Shown here: one piece after another, positions 49,730 through 62,641 of the stretch
Numbering within the stretch: the stretch's first letter is position 1
How the letters are laid out: each line of letters starts with the position of its first letter
Origin: Penicillus capitatus
Taxonomy: Eukaryota; Plantae; Chlorophyta
Assembly: GCA_965649825.1 (NCBI GenBank)
Contig: OZ287694.1
Span: 1,549,197-1,613,196, forward strand
Length of the DNA: 64,000 bases
Direction: 5' to 3'
Notes under the pieces: model-generated
Told to the model about the DNA's origin: nothing
Databases searched by the model: none
Seen by the model: the letters and a program-made list of their open reading frames with translations, nothing else
Position numbers and translations under genes: made by a program

Positions 49730-50800
49730 CCTTTACAACGCACAGCAGCAAAACAGATGCCATTCCCGGGACGCGACAGATGTGGAAGTTTAGAGCAAAA
49801 ACCCTTCATCTTCGAGTCGATACGCATCGACCTATAGTGACTTGTTTGTTTGCAGATAATGGCGACAGATACAGTCCGGCAGTGTCCACCAGAACTGTCT
49901 CGTACTAACAAGGACGGGTCATCGTGGACTGAAAGACTGGTAGGTACATGACGGGACATTTTCGCATTATTGTCTCGGTTTGCGCGCAGGCCACAGCACA
50001 ACGTTCATCGAAGAGCAAAGTGAAGCGACGTTCGCGAAAAGAGTAGATTCGCCGACCATCCGAGAAACCTGCAGTTGCGAGGCCGTCGACCGTAAAGCTG
50101 TGGCAGTCAGTTTCGCTCTCTGCCGTGCCATCGTCTGGGCGAACCGATTTCTTTTCCCGACGATCTCGGCAACTTTCTGGAGCGTTTATCTAAACGTTGA
50201 ATCGTTCCGCATTGTTATCCTAGAAAGCGTTTGTAAGATGACTCTTGTAGATCTCCTTCGGTTAGAAAGTGGTGCATTCGAAAAACACCAGTGGCGATGC
50301 CGTCGATAACGAGTCGCAGCAAAGTCGACTCGGACTGCTCTTCGTGAAGCCGAAAGGTAGAGATCAACTGCCAGTTGACAAGAACCGGTCCTTAATCTTC
50401 GCTTAATCGTTGTCGAACAAAGCTCTTTGCTCCGAAGCCGCAACCACCGAGATTTGACTCCTCAGTGTTTGCTGGCACGAGAATCAACGATCGGCCTCAG
50501 ACGACGACCGTAAGCCAGAAGCGCCTGGTTAGACGAGAGCGAAAACTGTCCATTTATTCTATAGACCAACCTGAGGGTTATTTTCGTCAGCGCGCTCTGC
50601 AGGTTCACGCGAAAAGCATTAGGCGACAGCTCAGAATGTTCGTTTACCCACTGACTGACCTCTCTCCGCAATGGAGAGGAACGACGAATAAGTACGCTGC
50701 GAGTGATACATGCAAGAACAGTTTCGTAAGGGAAAGGCAATAAGGAACGCATCCGTCAGTCTACCAACAAACAAACATTTACAGGACATTCCGAATAGAG
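49730..50800 (-). pseudogene. Decayed, possibly WD40-like relic; diverged paralog of 25815-27300
   Basis: Shared DNA islands with 25815-27398, e.g. AGAGTAGAT...GAGAAACCTGC and CTATAGACCAACCTGAGGGTTA. Minus-strand fragment GQFSLSSNQALLAYG...KELCSTT. Confidence 0.35.
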
Positions 50801-52631
50801 CGTGACACAACTATTATTCGCTAACGAGTCTCGCTTATTCATACGAGTCTAAGAATCTTCGCATAAGAATCTGTGCTGAAAAGATAATCAAATGCTTCTG
50901 AAACGACTTCATTCGGCAGATGTGCCAGGTGGATCCTGTCTTTGAACTTGGTCGATGGAGGTTTCCAGCTTGCTCATTCTCTCCTCCATGCTTTTCTTCC
51001 AGCCTTCTATTTGGTCCAGTTGACGTGCCATTTTCTCAACCAGGGATGCAGTTGCCAAACACGGGGCCATCAGTTTTTCTATCCTCTCAGAGTGAACGCT
51101 GAGTTGTTTGCCAATGTTGTCAACAAGACTCTGTTTGGTCTTCAGCGCCTCCTTCTTGACGACTTTCTCGAGTTCCACAAGCCTGCCTTGCCATTCTTTG
51201 TTGGGCGACGCTCCGTCGATGTCGTTTTCCAGTGTCAAATAATGGAAGACTCTTCCAGTCATTGATTGGGCGAGGAAGTCAGCAGAGCAGAAGTCTCCAT
51301 TCCTCCGGATGCGTTTACCGAAGTTGGAAACAAAAATCTCATCCGTCCTTTGAGCCAAACAGATTTCGTGAGCAAATGTTAAAGCCTGATGATGCACTTA
51401 CTGGTTTCTGCGTCCAGTAAGGAAAAATCTCAGCGAAGTTTGAAAGCCGGAGATAAGCTTCATCTGTCGCTTTTTCAGTTCCGCTCCCTCCCTCGATCGA
51501 ACTCTGTCATACGTATCCGTCAACACAGCGACCAGCAGGCTCATGAGTACAATCCCGCTGATATAAATGAAGGAACTGAACAGCAGTGATCTCCAGACAG
51601 AGAGGAAACCACTCGAAGAACGGAGCATCTGTCAGGCAGACATGTCAGTTAGAATGGGAGTCGATAGTAGGGAGGCACTCAACCACACCTCTCCTTCAAA
51701 GCTCCCGACAGAGGCATGGAAGAGAGTCTCGAGGGCTCGCGGAAGAGAATCGAACAGCTTTTCCTCGTCGTTGACGAATACTTCGTCGAAGAGCACCAGG
51801 AATGCCGTCGAGTAGCCAAGCATCAGGAACAGTCCAATCAGAAGAAAAGGCAGAGAATCTGATAGAGCATACTGGACCATCGTCAAGAATGGACCTGTCC
51901 TCCTGAACGCCCGGAAAAACCGAAAAATCTGAACATCCCGAACAAGCTGTCAATACTCAGAAGAAATATTCGATGGAGAGTACCCGCATCCAATGGAGGA
52001 TGCATAAAAAGGATGTCTGGAAAGCAGTGGCAGTGTTATGATGGTCGATGAGACAGATTTGTGGCAAGAGCACAAGTGTGAGCAGCAAAGTGCCAAACCT
52101 AAAGCAATCGACACGTTGCTACTCGATTCACTGGCAGTGTGATCTTCTACCTCAGAACGGATGTCCGATAGTACAGTCCAATGGTATGCGACACGAGCGC
52201 AATAGACATCAGCACGATTAAAGTCGTATGATTGGACCCGTCTCCGTGTCTAAAAACCAGGGCAAAGCCTGTGAAGGTTGAGGTGGCCAACATATCGAGA
52301 ACGAGGACTGTTAGAAACAAAGAAAGATATGTCTGAACCCAGGAGAATGTAAGCACTCTCAGCGTCTCGGACTCGTAAATCTTGACTGGACTGTTGGAAC
52401 GAGTGAGGACATTTGCAAGAGTCTCACTATCCCACCTATACACAGAGGAGTAATAACATAAGAGATGATCTTCGAGCTTCTACCCTGTTTCTGTTTGGCT
52501 TCCGCTGTAACTAATGCAGAAGAACTTTGCAGCGGCCGCTACTTGTGTGTCCATGGATTGCATACTAGCTACAGTCGTGCTACCCGCGAGCATTCCACAG
52601 CCTTTCTTTCCTCTCCGATTTTCGAACAAGG

Positions 52632-52838
52632 TGACGGGTGCGCGTTAACGGTTGCGGCCCCGCGGACCGGACAGGCTGTCCGCTTCCTGATGGGACGGCA
52701 GTCCGCGGGGACCGAGGGTACTTAAGCTGACGCATCGCCTCACCTGTAGCATTTTGCATTTGCTCAGGCTTGTCTCTTCCGTCCGACGCTGCGCGTTCGC
52801 GCTGACCGCGACGCGCGAGTCGTTGTATTCCCGTTACA
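52632..52838 (+). repeat. 5' LTR of the TRIM
   Basis: TGACGGG...CCCGTTACA; identical by eye to 53398-53604. Confidence 0.95.
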
Positions 52839-52839
52839 G

Positions 52840-52855
52840 TGGTGGACCTCCGGGG
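52840..52855 (+). other. Primer-binding site of the TRIM
   Basis: TGGTGGACCTCCGGGG starts 1 nt after the LTR and is complementary to a tRNA-like 3' end (CCCCGGAGGUCCACCA). The cognate tRNA was not identified. Confidence 0.75.
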
Positions 52856-53387
52856 CAGGTGGCGCCCTCAATGCCACTGTGGAGGAGCGAGGTGCTGCCG
52901 TCAGTGGTAGCCCTGCCGAAGACATTCCGACCCGTCAGCGGCCCAGTGAAGACGCTGCGGCTGCTGCTGCGGAGACGACGATGTCCCGACCCGGCCGAGT
53001 CGATAGACACGCGTGGCGACTGCGCGTACTGTGTCTTCCTCGGTGCGGGCGTGGCCATTTCACCTAGGACCTTTTTGTTTCCCTATCCGTCCGTCCTCCG
53101 TCCTGCGCAGGCAGCTGCGACCAGTTGTCGCGCTGCCACTGCACCAATAACGAAGTGAACTGGGTGCAGCTTTGCGCGGCGGAGCGACGTATTTCATTCA
53201 GAAACGCAAGAAGCGTTTCGACATCCGACTGTTTTCCTGTTGCGCTGGACCGTTTAGGACGGTCAGCGCGTTGTTGCTTTTTTGGTTGTCGTCGTTCTTT
53301 TTCCGGGCGCCGTACTACTGTTCATTGCGTCTTTGGCTGTTCGCTCCCCGTTGGAGCGGTTGGCACGTGGACGTACCGTCAACCGCT

Positions 53388-53394
53388 GGGGGAG
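53388..53394 (+). other. Polypurine tract of the TRIM
   Basis: GGGGGAG, 3 nt before the 3' LTR. Confidence 0.65.
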
Positions 53395-53397
53395 TCC

Positions 53398-53604
53398 TGA
53401 CGGGTGCGCGTTAACGGTTGCGGCCCCGCGGACCGGACAGGCTGTCCGCTTCCTGATGGGACGGCAGTCCGCGGGGACCGAGGGTACTTAAGCTGACGCA
53501 TCGCCTCACCTGTAGCATTTTGCATTTGCTCAGGCTTGTCTCTTCCGTCCGACGCTGCGCGTTCGCGCTGACCGCGACGCGCGAGTCGTTGTATTCCCGT
53601 TACA
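53398..53604 (+). repeat. 3' LTR of the TRIM
   Basis: Direct repeat of 52632-52838, followed by the TSD CAAGG. Confidence 0.95.
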
Positions 53605-56058
53605 CAAGGGAAACCAAAACATCTTTGCTTCATCGCGGTTCGCAGTGTTCCAATCCTTTAATCCGTAATCGGTGAACAATCCAGCCAGGTACCCACTCTT
53701 GATACGACACGGAATCTGGGGTATGTTGAATCTGGCGTATTCAATGGTGAACTTATCCTTGTGCAAGTAATCCCACATAAGGTCCGGATACATTCGGACG
53801 AGCTTGCGGAAATGCAGGTTCAGAAGGTAGCACGTTTCTCTGAGGGAAGTGAATCTCTCCAGCAATTTGTCCAGAATGAATTTGACATCTTCTACGGAAT
53901 TCTTCTTCATAGCCCACGATAGAAGATCCTCGTGTCCGCTCCTAAATGTCAACAGAGTTCCTTTTTCTTTTGCAAACTGGAGCAGCTCCGTCGCGGCATC
54001 GTGGTTCTCGGTCTTAATCAAACGCCAAACAAGTGGCTTATTCGTCATGTCGACGGCACTGAAGATGCGGTCTCCATGCTCGGAAATCGCTCTGTCCAAT
54101 GAACAAACATAGCATTAGGTTCGTTAAGAAAGCCAAACGCTGTTTACTGTTTCATGTCTTGAATTGTCCAGCTCCGTACATTCTCAAAAACAAGTTTCGT
54201 CATACAGCGGACGGAGTTGTCATGAGGTTCTAGAGGAACAGAGACCGCCCATTCGAACGATGACACGTGGAAGAAGAAGCCTAGGTTCCTAACGCGTCAC
54301 CTCGTGTCGGTTCTCTTGTTGCCAGTTGCGTTATTTCAATACCCTCAGTACTGTCCTCTTGCTGTGCGTGAACTGGTTGCGTAATGTCTTCGTTGTCTTC
54401 GCGAATTTCGTTTCCGACACGTGCAGACATTCTGTTAAACGACATCACCGAGGGAGAAACGGTTAAAGCAAGGAAAGGTTGAATACAGCTCGCGTCTCGT
54501 AGATGGTTCGCGTAAAAATCTGCTATCGGTTTGAGGTCGCAGTTAAGTTGATGTCGGTAGAAATCGCTCAATGCTCATTGTAATGTCAAGATGAAACCGT
54601 GGGAGTCATTTTTCCAAATCCGGTTACAGACTTCAAGCAATTTAAAGTTTATCACTAATTGACATGACCACCATCTTCTTTAGGGAACAACGCTTTGCAC
54701 TTGAAAATGCACTGCTAGTTTGTCTTTCTCACATTTCGAATGACATTGTGCTTTCGGTGTTCTGAGGAAAATGTCACACAAAGGAACTTTGATGGAGGGA
54801 AAACTCTGATGGACATGGATGATGCGACGTTCATCTATAGCATTTTACCTTTACAAACTTATGCGTCCTCTCATCGGCGCTCCGCCGTCTTGAGCGAGTG
54901 CAGAACGCGACGACCAATCCTCGCGGCGAGAAATCCCTCGGTTGGGGCGTGTCATGCAATCAAAATAATCGAACTTGTGATATCTACCCGAAGAAGATGA
55001 AGCGCTTTGTCGTCCGCTTTGACATCCAACTTGAAGAATGTGCTATCTATCTACTTGCCAATACTGCCTGTCTGTAACGCAAACGAGTTCCGGGGAGATT
55101 TTTTTGAGTAGAAGGAAAGATACAGAAAACGAAATCGACGCAGAGAGCCAGTATCCCTGAACATCAGCCAAAAGATAGGAGAAGGAAAAACAGAAAAACG
55201 ACCTAAAGAGAAGGAGACCGTAGCAGTGCCTCCAGAACAGATAGGAGCAAATTGAAGCAAACAAAACGGCGAAGAATCGGACCAGTGCCGCCGACAAACA
55301 ACCAGTTATTTCAGCTGCTGACATCACTGCTCGGAGCAAAAGGGAAACAGGATTCAGTCAGTTCTTTGCAATCAAGTGTGCGACAATGCCTAAGGGGAAT
55401 ACGGTAATGCGTGATGAAGGTGACCAGCCACCAAGAAGCAAAAATGATTGGGTGGACTCTCCGTCTGTTTGTATGAGTCTTGTTATGGACACGTCGAGAT
55501 GCATGTGTGATTCTTACTGGCTTTGTAAGGTCAGTGCCGGAATGGACGAGAGTAAGTGTCGTTTCTCGACGACAGCGAAGTCGTTCAGCGGTCCATTCAC
55601 TGCTGCAACCTCCAGATCTGCATCCATAGCGATTACTTTCGTGAGCGTTTGCATACACAAGCATTGTCGATTGCAGTAGACCACTAGAGTCGCATCGTAG
55701 CACACAGAGAACATAGCACCACTGTAGGAGCCTTCGAAGGGGAGAAGACAACAAATCGACAAGATGGGCGATGAACGAGTATTGAAGTGTCATTGCGCAC
55801 TCTACGATTTAGATCGCATTTGCACAGCGGCGATTGATAAGCGATTCAGTCGAAGCACGTATCGTTCAGCTCAGTCTTTGGACACGGTTTCAGGCTCACC
55901 GTAACAGTGTAGTCTGGCAGATAGTTTGGTAGAAACGGACGCGGTTATTGACGTCCTTGATGGGACACATTCACGAACCCATTCGTGACAGTTATTATTG
56001 AATCAATGTGTTTGGATAAACGAACAACAACAACAGTTTATACTCAGCCTCAGTTAAC

Positions 56059-58526
56059 TCACTCCTCATCGAGCAGCGTAATCGGCAGTGCTTTTTCGCG
56101 GAGTGGGCTAACATGAGCGTAGGCACTCTCATGGTTTCTATGATCCCTTGGCTCCTCTGGATATGCGAGCACATATCCAACGAACTGTGAAACAGCCTCG
56201 TCATTGTGCTTGACAACAGAGGCATAAACATCATCTCCAACATACTCCAGCCTCCACACACATGATCTGTCCTTACTGTAAACACAACGCTACCAAATCA
56301 GACTGTGACCCGACATTGAAGAGAGGCAACTTTTCTGGTGTTGTGAAGCAGCAGAAATGAGTCCCTTGATCCACCTCATACGAAGTGGGAGGCAGGACTG
56401 TCAAGTAACTGCCTTTTACAGGCCTTCTGAGTCTGGGGTCAGGATCTGTGTGGATCTTGACGAAGAACTCATTCGGCCTGTCTGCGGCCTCTAGGCACAC
56501 TGTGATAGTCCTGTTGGTATCCGAGTGCCAAAAGGCGTAGATGCTCGATGCATCTCTCTCATCATGATTCCAATACATACGCGAAGTCATAAACAGATCA
56601 CCCATCGCGCAGAATCTTTTCAGCCCCGGCTCGATAATACGAACTGTGGTACTGCGATATGACAGAAGAGGCGAGAAAATCAGGTGTACCTGGTTCATTG
56701 AGCAATCGCAGAGGTCTGATATTCTTCTGAAGTGGAATGGATATTCTCCTCGATGGCGTGCGAAAGTAATGGTAGTTAAACTTGCCGTAAGAATCTAAGC
56801 CCTCGATCAACGTTAGAGACGTTGTGTCTAATGCAGCATCTTTTCCTCGCCCCACTAACCTCCACGTGCCTTCAGATGCGGTGCCTTGGCGATGACCAGC
56901 ACTGTCTTCGGCTCTCAAATCTCCATCCAACTTGTACTGTGCCAGGAAGTTAGAAGGAGAGAATGGGCTGTCGAGGGGTTCATTCTCAGATCTGGGGAAG
57001 TACAGAGAGAGGTGCATTGCGCCGTTCATCTTCCAATTACCACTCAGCACGTGTCCCACTCGAATGCTTTCTGGCGACTCTTCGATCGATAACCAGCCTC
57101 GCAGACCAGAGTCTTTCTTCAACGAAAGCAGCATTCTGCTTTGATACTCCTTTCCTTCGGCACCAGCGACGATCCCTTCCATTTCTAGAAGACCAGGACG
57201 AAGCAGGATATGGTACTGCAACGGAGGTGGCGTAAGCAAAGGATACTCGAAACTGTGAGAAAAAACAGAGCCTGCTGTCGTCTGTCCAACGAATGTAAAT
57301 GACTTCTGAATGGAAGCAACGGCGATGTGAATGCCTTCATACTTATAGCGCACACCAGTGAAAAACAGTCTTGGATTGGAGGCTTCCCACTTTCCCCCCA
57401 GAATCAAAAATTGCTGCTCATTGTTGCTGTCCTTCGCTTCAGGGATCACACACCCTTGCACGTTTTCATCTGGATCAAGACAGATGAGAAGGTAGGCAGA
57501 TTCCACAGTGCCATCTGCTTGTTTATGTTGACCATATCCTTCGTACAATCCTGGCTCGAGTAAAGGCTGTTCTTCCTTCTCACTCTGCTCTTCTGCCGTC
57601 CCCTCGATCTCATATGCAGAGCACACCATGCTCTTAACCAAGCGGTTCGGAATCAGCTCGCCGGATCTGATCTCCATCCTGTTTATCGGATCCTTTCTGT
57701 GTCCCTTTCCCAACCACTTCACGATGCTATCTCGCTCATACGTCATGCCTGAGTCCCTCAGCAGGACCGGGTCCTGCATGACTTCCTTGCTAATAGGACA
57801 GCGAAGCTGATCGAGAACGGCATCTGACTGATCCGAGGACGGGGCTGCTTCACTCTTCTCTATAGACTCTGAAATCACATCGATTAACTGTTGCAGCTCG
57901 AATTCGTACAGTGCGTCTTTGTCCTTTCTTGCCTGGTGGATGTAGTCCTTCAACACATCCAAGTCCTGCAGTTTGGCGTCGACGGACATCGAGTGTTCCT
58001 TCATCATGTCGACGATGATAGACTTCATCTCCTCTGTCCCTTTCAGGTTCTTGTTGAATGCCTTCTCCATCTCTTCTTTCAGCATCCGAGTCTGATGCGT
58101 TGACGCCGCCGCTCTGTCGAATTTTGCGCGGCGCAGTTCATCCGTGAGCACGTTCACGCATTTGTGCATCTCTCCCGTGACTGGAAGACTGGCGAGGGGT
58201 ACTTGCTGCAGCGCGTGCTCCAGCATCTGAGCCGCCCGCTTAAGCGCTTCGCTATTCCTCCCGGCACAGAACATCGCGGTGAGATACGTCGGCTTGCAGC
58301 ACGTCTCTATGACTCTGTCCGCTTCGTCGAGAGCGGCGAACACGAGGTCCATCGCCCTCTGAAGCGACGGGTCATCAACTGGGTGCTGCTCCAGTGTGTG
58401 TAAAAACGGTTTCGTCTGCTGCGCCAACGAGGCGAGCAGACTGCAGTCTTCTGCGTTCGCCACGGCGCGTTCGGCATGGTCGGCTATGCCTTCGACTACT
58501 TTCAAGGCCACGCTCAGAGGATCCAT
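56059..58526 (-). CDS. Four-helix-bundle/U-box/beta-repeat protein, duplicate copy
   Basis: Duplicate of 31599-34066 (offset 24460). One visible amino-acid change in the long ORF (TQML to TRML). Confidence 0.75.
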
Positions 58527-60801
58527 CACGATGCGGAAATAAAGGAGAATGCAAAACGTTGGCGATGGCACTGCACTGGATATAGCTTACGATGATAATC
58601 TTGTTATCAATGCAAAGAAACTTTAGATTCAGCGTAAACAAAGACGGAAACGCGAAACACTTAAGGAACGTGAGATATCTTCACACGAGAAAGGAGTCCT
58701 TAAATACCCATGGTGTTCCTAATCTCTAACCTTAGAGATTAACTGTTATGAACTTCTAATTATCTTCGATAACCATCTGCCTAATGTTTTCCAGCGGTTA
58801 GGTGTTCAGCCGACACACGTCGCGGCTAATGGTCAGAGCGACAGGAAGGTTACGCACTCTCACCCAACCGCAACTGGTGGTTTCGCCAAGCGGTTTACTT
58901 GCTCATTCCCCTACACTTATGATGATCGTCTTTAAGCACGTAAATGGCGCAAAGCTGCATTCGGGCAAGATAGCAGTCGTATGGGCTGTTAAGCACTTTT
59001 TTTGGTCGGATGTGTTGGTCGTGCGAGTATTGCGAGCGGTATGCTAGCTGACAGCTTGCGTTGTATGCAGACAGGACGGCAGCGACGACTCATAGGGGCA
59101 ATGGCTGGCGTAAGTGACCGTCACGTCTGTCACCTCTCTCACCGTGTGGTTTGTCGCCAAGTCTCCTTAGACGACTGTCCAGCTGTCCCCTGTCACACAC
59201 ACAGTTTGTGTGGATCTGTGTGATGTCGAATGCAGCATTGCGGAAGTCTTCAGCTTCAAGACGCAGATGGTATCATACTGTATCATAATTCCATTTCTGG
59301 GAGTAGGGAGCCAGACAGTAGCTCGCAGTCATCAATTGGCGGCGGCCTGACGGCTCAATGAGCTGTTCCGCTTTTCGACAGGCGGCCCGTTTGGTGGATC
59401 TTGTGATCATGATCATTGGGTCATCTCTCGTGATTATTCTGTCTGGTGTGCTATTGCTGTGTATGTAAGGTCAGAGAAGAAGTGAGTGTACAGGAGGCAG
59501 TTCGTTCTACGCTTCTTTACTCGTGGAAATCGGCTCGAAACCTCTTCCCTCCATCTCCCTGTATAGCGAAACAGCGTACGACAACGTCGAATGGATAACG
59601 TCTGCGTTGACGGTAGATGACAGCGACAGCTCGAGGAGCAGCATCGCCGTGACTGGTTGACTAATCGGACCTCTCGCTCGGACTCCGCAGTCGGTGGAAT
59701 TCAAGGTCGCATTCTGTGTTTTTGGAATTTGTTGTACACTGTGGTTACCACACTTGCTTTGTACCTTCTCGGCATTCAGCGAAGCTCGCTTCTTTGCCGC
59801 CAACTCAAAGAAGAGCAACGCACTGCGGATTTTGCTTCGAATCTGAAACCCGTCTGCCAGACAGACATCGTGATATCCAAGAAACATTGCTAGGCCTGTC
59901 TCCAGAAACCCATAGCTCTCCTTTGTTGAAGGAACCGAGTTCCATTTAGTGCGTGTCGAAGATGAGAAAGCTAGAGAGTTACTGCAGAGGTTCTCCAGAG
60001 CACATAAAATCTACAGCAGCGTTAAAGAATTCAATCAAAGACTTTAAATAGATCAGACTGGAGAGCCGCCGTCAAATGGACGAGCGCCGTCAAGGATCCA
60101 AAAGACGGTTACAGATGACCGAGGGTCATCGTCGACCCGGACAAGGAAGTGTAATATCTTGCCTGTTTGCATCGTACTTCTGTCGAACGTACCAACTCGC
60201 GTTCAACCGAAAACGCTCCACCGACAAGAAACCTCGTGTCGTAACTTATCTCGCGGCAATACGCCTTCTTAACGAACTGGATCGTTGCTCTCTTGTTCTT
60301 GCGAGACGTTCACTCAGGTGAGGGGTCTCATCACATTTTGACTCGACATGTCATTCGAGGTCACCACTTGGTCCATACTAAAAAGTGCGTCTCTGTCAAC
60401 CAGCTTTGTCTCCTTCGGATGTTAAACATACTGAATGACGATTTGTTTTGAGCCAGAATTGGGAAAGCTTGTTTTCTTTTCTGTGTTCGGCACCCGCAAA
60501 TCTATCGGTTCCTGCCTTCCTTGTGAGCCGACAGCTACGCGTTTTCAATACCTGTGAGCAACGTGTAGAGAAATGTATAGCGGAACGGCAACGCGTGTGC
60601 ATAGATGGGAAATCATGGCCATCGATTAGCTCTATCTCTTAAAAACAATACCCTTAAGTTCAAGAGCACGTGGTGGGGGGCAGAAAAAGCTCAAAACGGG
60701 GGTATCCAACATGTTCAAAGTGGGTGATAGAGAATCATGAGACCTAACCGCCGGGGCCTGAGGTTGATCGACCATTTGGTCGATTGGGATCTTTTGTTTC
60801 G

Positions 60802-61841
60802 ATGGTGGGCTATGCAGTGAACGACTCTCTACCCTTTGCCATGATGGGCTTGCTGCTGATGCTTCGATATTCTACAGCATTCATGGTACTCTTCGACAAT
60901 GGGTCGGGAGATGACGATCACAACACCTTCGATACATTTCCGCATGCATTAGAGACGTTGTTCCACACCAGCCTTGGGAACTTTGAAAATGACGTGAGTT
61001 CTGTCAGTCGACACGTTTCTTGGCAGATCTCAGTAACGATTTCTTGGTGCAGATGCTCCGTCCTTCCAATGACTTTCTCACAGTCTGGAGGGCTTTGCTG
61101 TTTAATTCCTTCGTCTATGTTGGGCCGATTGTGCTGATGAGTTTGTTGATTTCTATACTGACGGATACCCACGACAGAGTTCGATCAAGAGAGAAGGTAG
61201 AACAGGCGATGTACCGACTGCAAGCAACGTACGACTGTGCTATAATTGGCGCATTTGTTCGGAAGTAAGACAACTCAGATTCGATTAGAATGCTGCACGA
61301 GTTTCTTTGGGTCTGTTCTGGCATTCAGGTGTATACTTAGTAAACCCTTCGGCGAAATTTTCAACGCTTGGATAGTCAAACCATTATCGACGATAATAGA
61401 TCGCAAGAACAGAGAACTCGGCAGGATCAGAGGCACGTGTTTTCACTTCCTGGTTCCTGAAGACATTGAAGAAGAATCCTATAACGAAGAGTGGCAAGGC
61501 AAATTTGTCACACTTGAAAGAACGATCAAGTCAGAAGCGGGAAAACACAGCACAGCTCTTGAAGGTCAATCAGTTACCTGATGCTAAAGATTTGGCAATC
61601 GATGATGTCTTGTTCAGAGATCCGTAAAAATACGAAGGATGAGTTTGTCGGGGTGATCGACAGAATGCGCAAAATGGAAGAGACCGTGGGAGAGCAGATG
61701 CGTAAGATGGATGAGACCGTGGGCGAGATGAAACCACTGTCGACGAGAATGCGTAACATGGAAGAAAGCGTGGGCGAGATAAAAAACGCTGTTGACCAGA
61801 TCCTTCAGAAACTCTCTAGACTCGAGCCTTCCACGGCGTAA
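60802..61841 (+). CDS. 5'-truncated pore-only TRP-like gene, duplicate copy (E')
   Basis: Duplicate of 36342-37381 with the frame and splice sites retained. Confidence 0.6.
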
Positions 61842-62641
61842 GTGATTGCTAAGGATACAAATCAACCTACTTTACAACGACATCTCTCAGTTCTCGTTTT
61901 GTTTCCCTTTACTAAACGGCATGTCTAATGGGAAGATACTGTTGAGACACTTTCGATGGCATTATGGCATTCCATGCCCTGCCGATGATGGCCGCAGAAG
62001 ACCTTCCTGGTGGGATTTTCAGCAATCATTCATTTCGTTATTTCCTCAGTTCCTCATTGGGGCAAGATCTAGCATACAAATCTTTCGCGTCTTTACCTGG
62101 ACGAGAAACGTATGAACAACATGAAATCTTGATGGTATTGTGAAGGAGTGTTGTCTGTACAGTGTATCCACGAGATCTCCTCACCGGAACTCTGTCTAGT
62201 GCGTCAAGACTCTGAACGAAGTTGCGCGGTGTCCACAGAAGACCGACCTCGATTTCGAGATCGTTGAGATGTGGCACGGAGAGGCGCCGCTGCGCCGTTC
62301 ATTCTGTGGTCACTGTGTTGTGCATCTCTTACCTCGAAGAGCTGGAAAGAGCAAAGCAGTGATAAAGGCATGGGGTTGTCAAGATCATAGCAATCTCTGT
62401 CGAAGGAAAACACCGTTCCCTCTGAAGCGGCATGCGTCCTGGAGCGAGCGTCGTACTCTAATGTGGCTCATGTTTCAGATTAAAGCGTCGAACTGATCGA
62501 CAACAACTTCTGCCACTGATGGAAGGACTGGTTCATCGTATTTCTGACAAACATTAAAGCAACATTGCATGCCATCTGAGGATACTGAAGAAAGCAACGA
62601 CTCTCAGCAAGAAATATTTTGACCGATACCCTTCTCCATCT

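Larger units (their letters stand above)
52632..53604 (+). mobile_element. Non-autonomous LTR retroelement (TRIM), 973 bp
   Basis: Two 207-bp TG...CA direct repeats, a 5-bp TSD CAAGG (52627-52631 and 53605-53609), an empty site at 29145-29149, PBS and PPT, and no gag/pol ORF. Confidence 0.95.
50909..54430 (-). pseudogene. TRP-like channel copy D', interrupted in exon 3 by an LTR element
   Basis: Duplicate of 27427-29970. The reading frame ...KMFWFPL runs into the LTR and stops (ORF 53530-54099). Confidence 0.85.

Noticed and set aside
52856-53387. Possible gag zinc-knuckle (CLPRCGRGHF) or chromodomain-like remnants in the TRIM core
   Set aside because: The spacing does not fit CX2CX4HX4C, a stop follows, and the ORFs are short; too weak to call.
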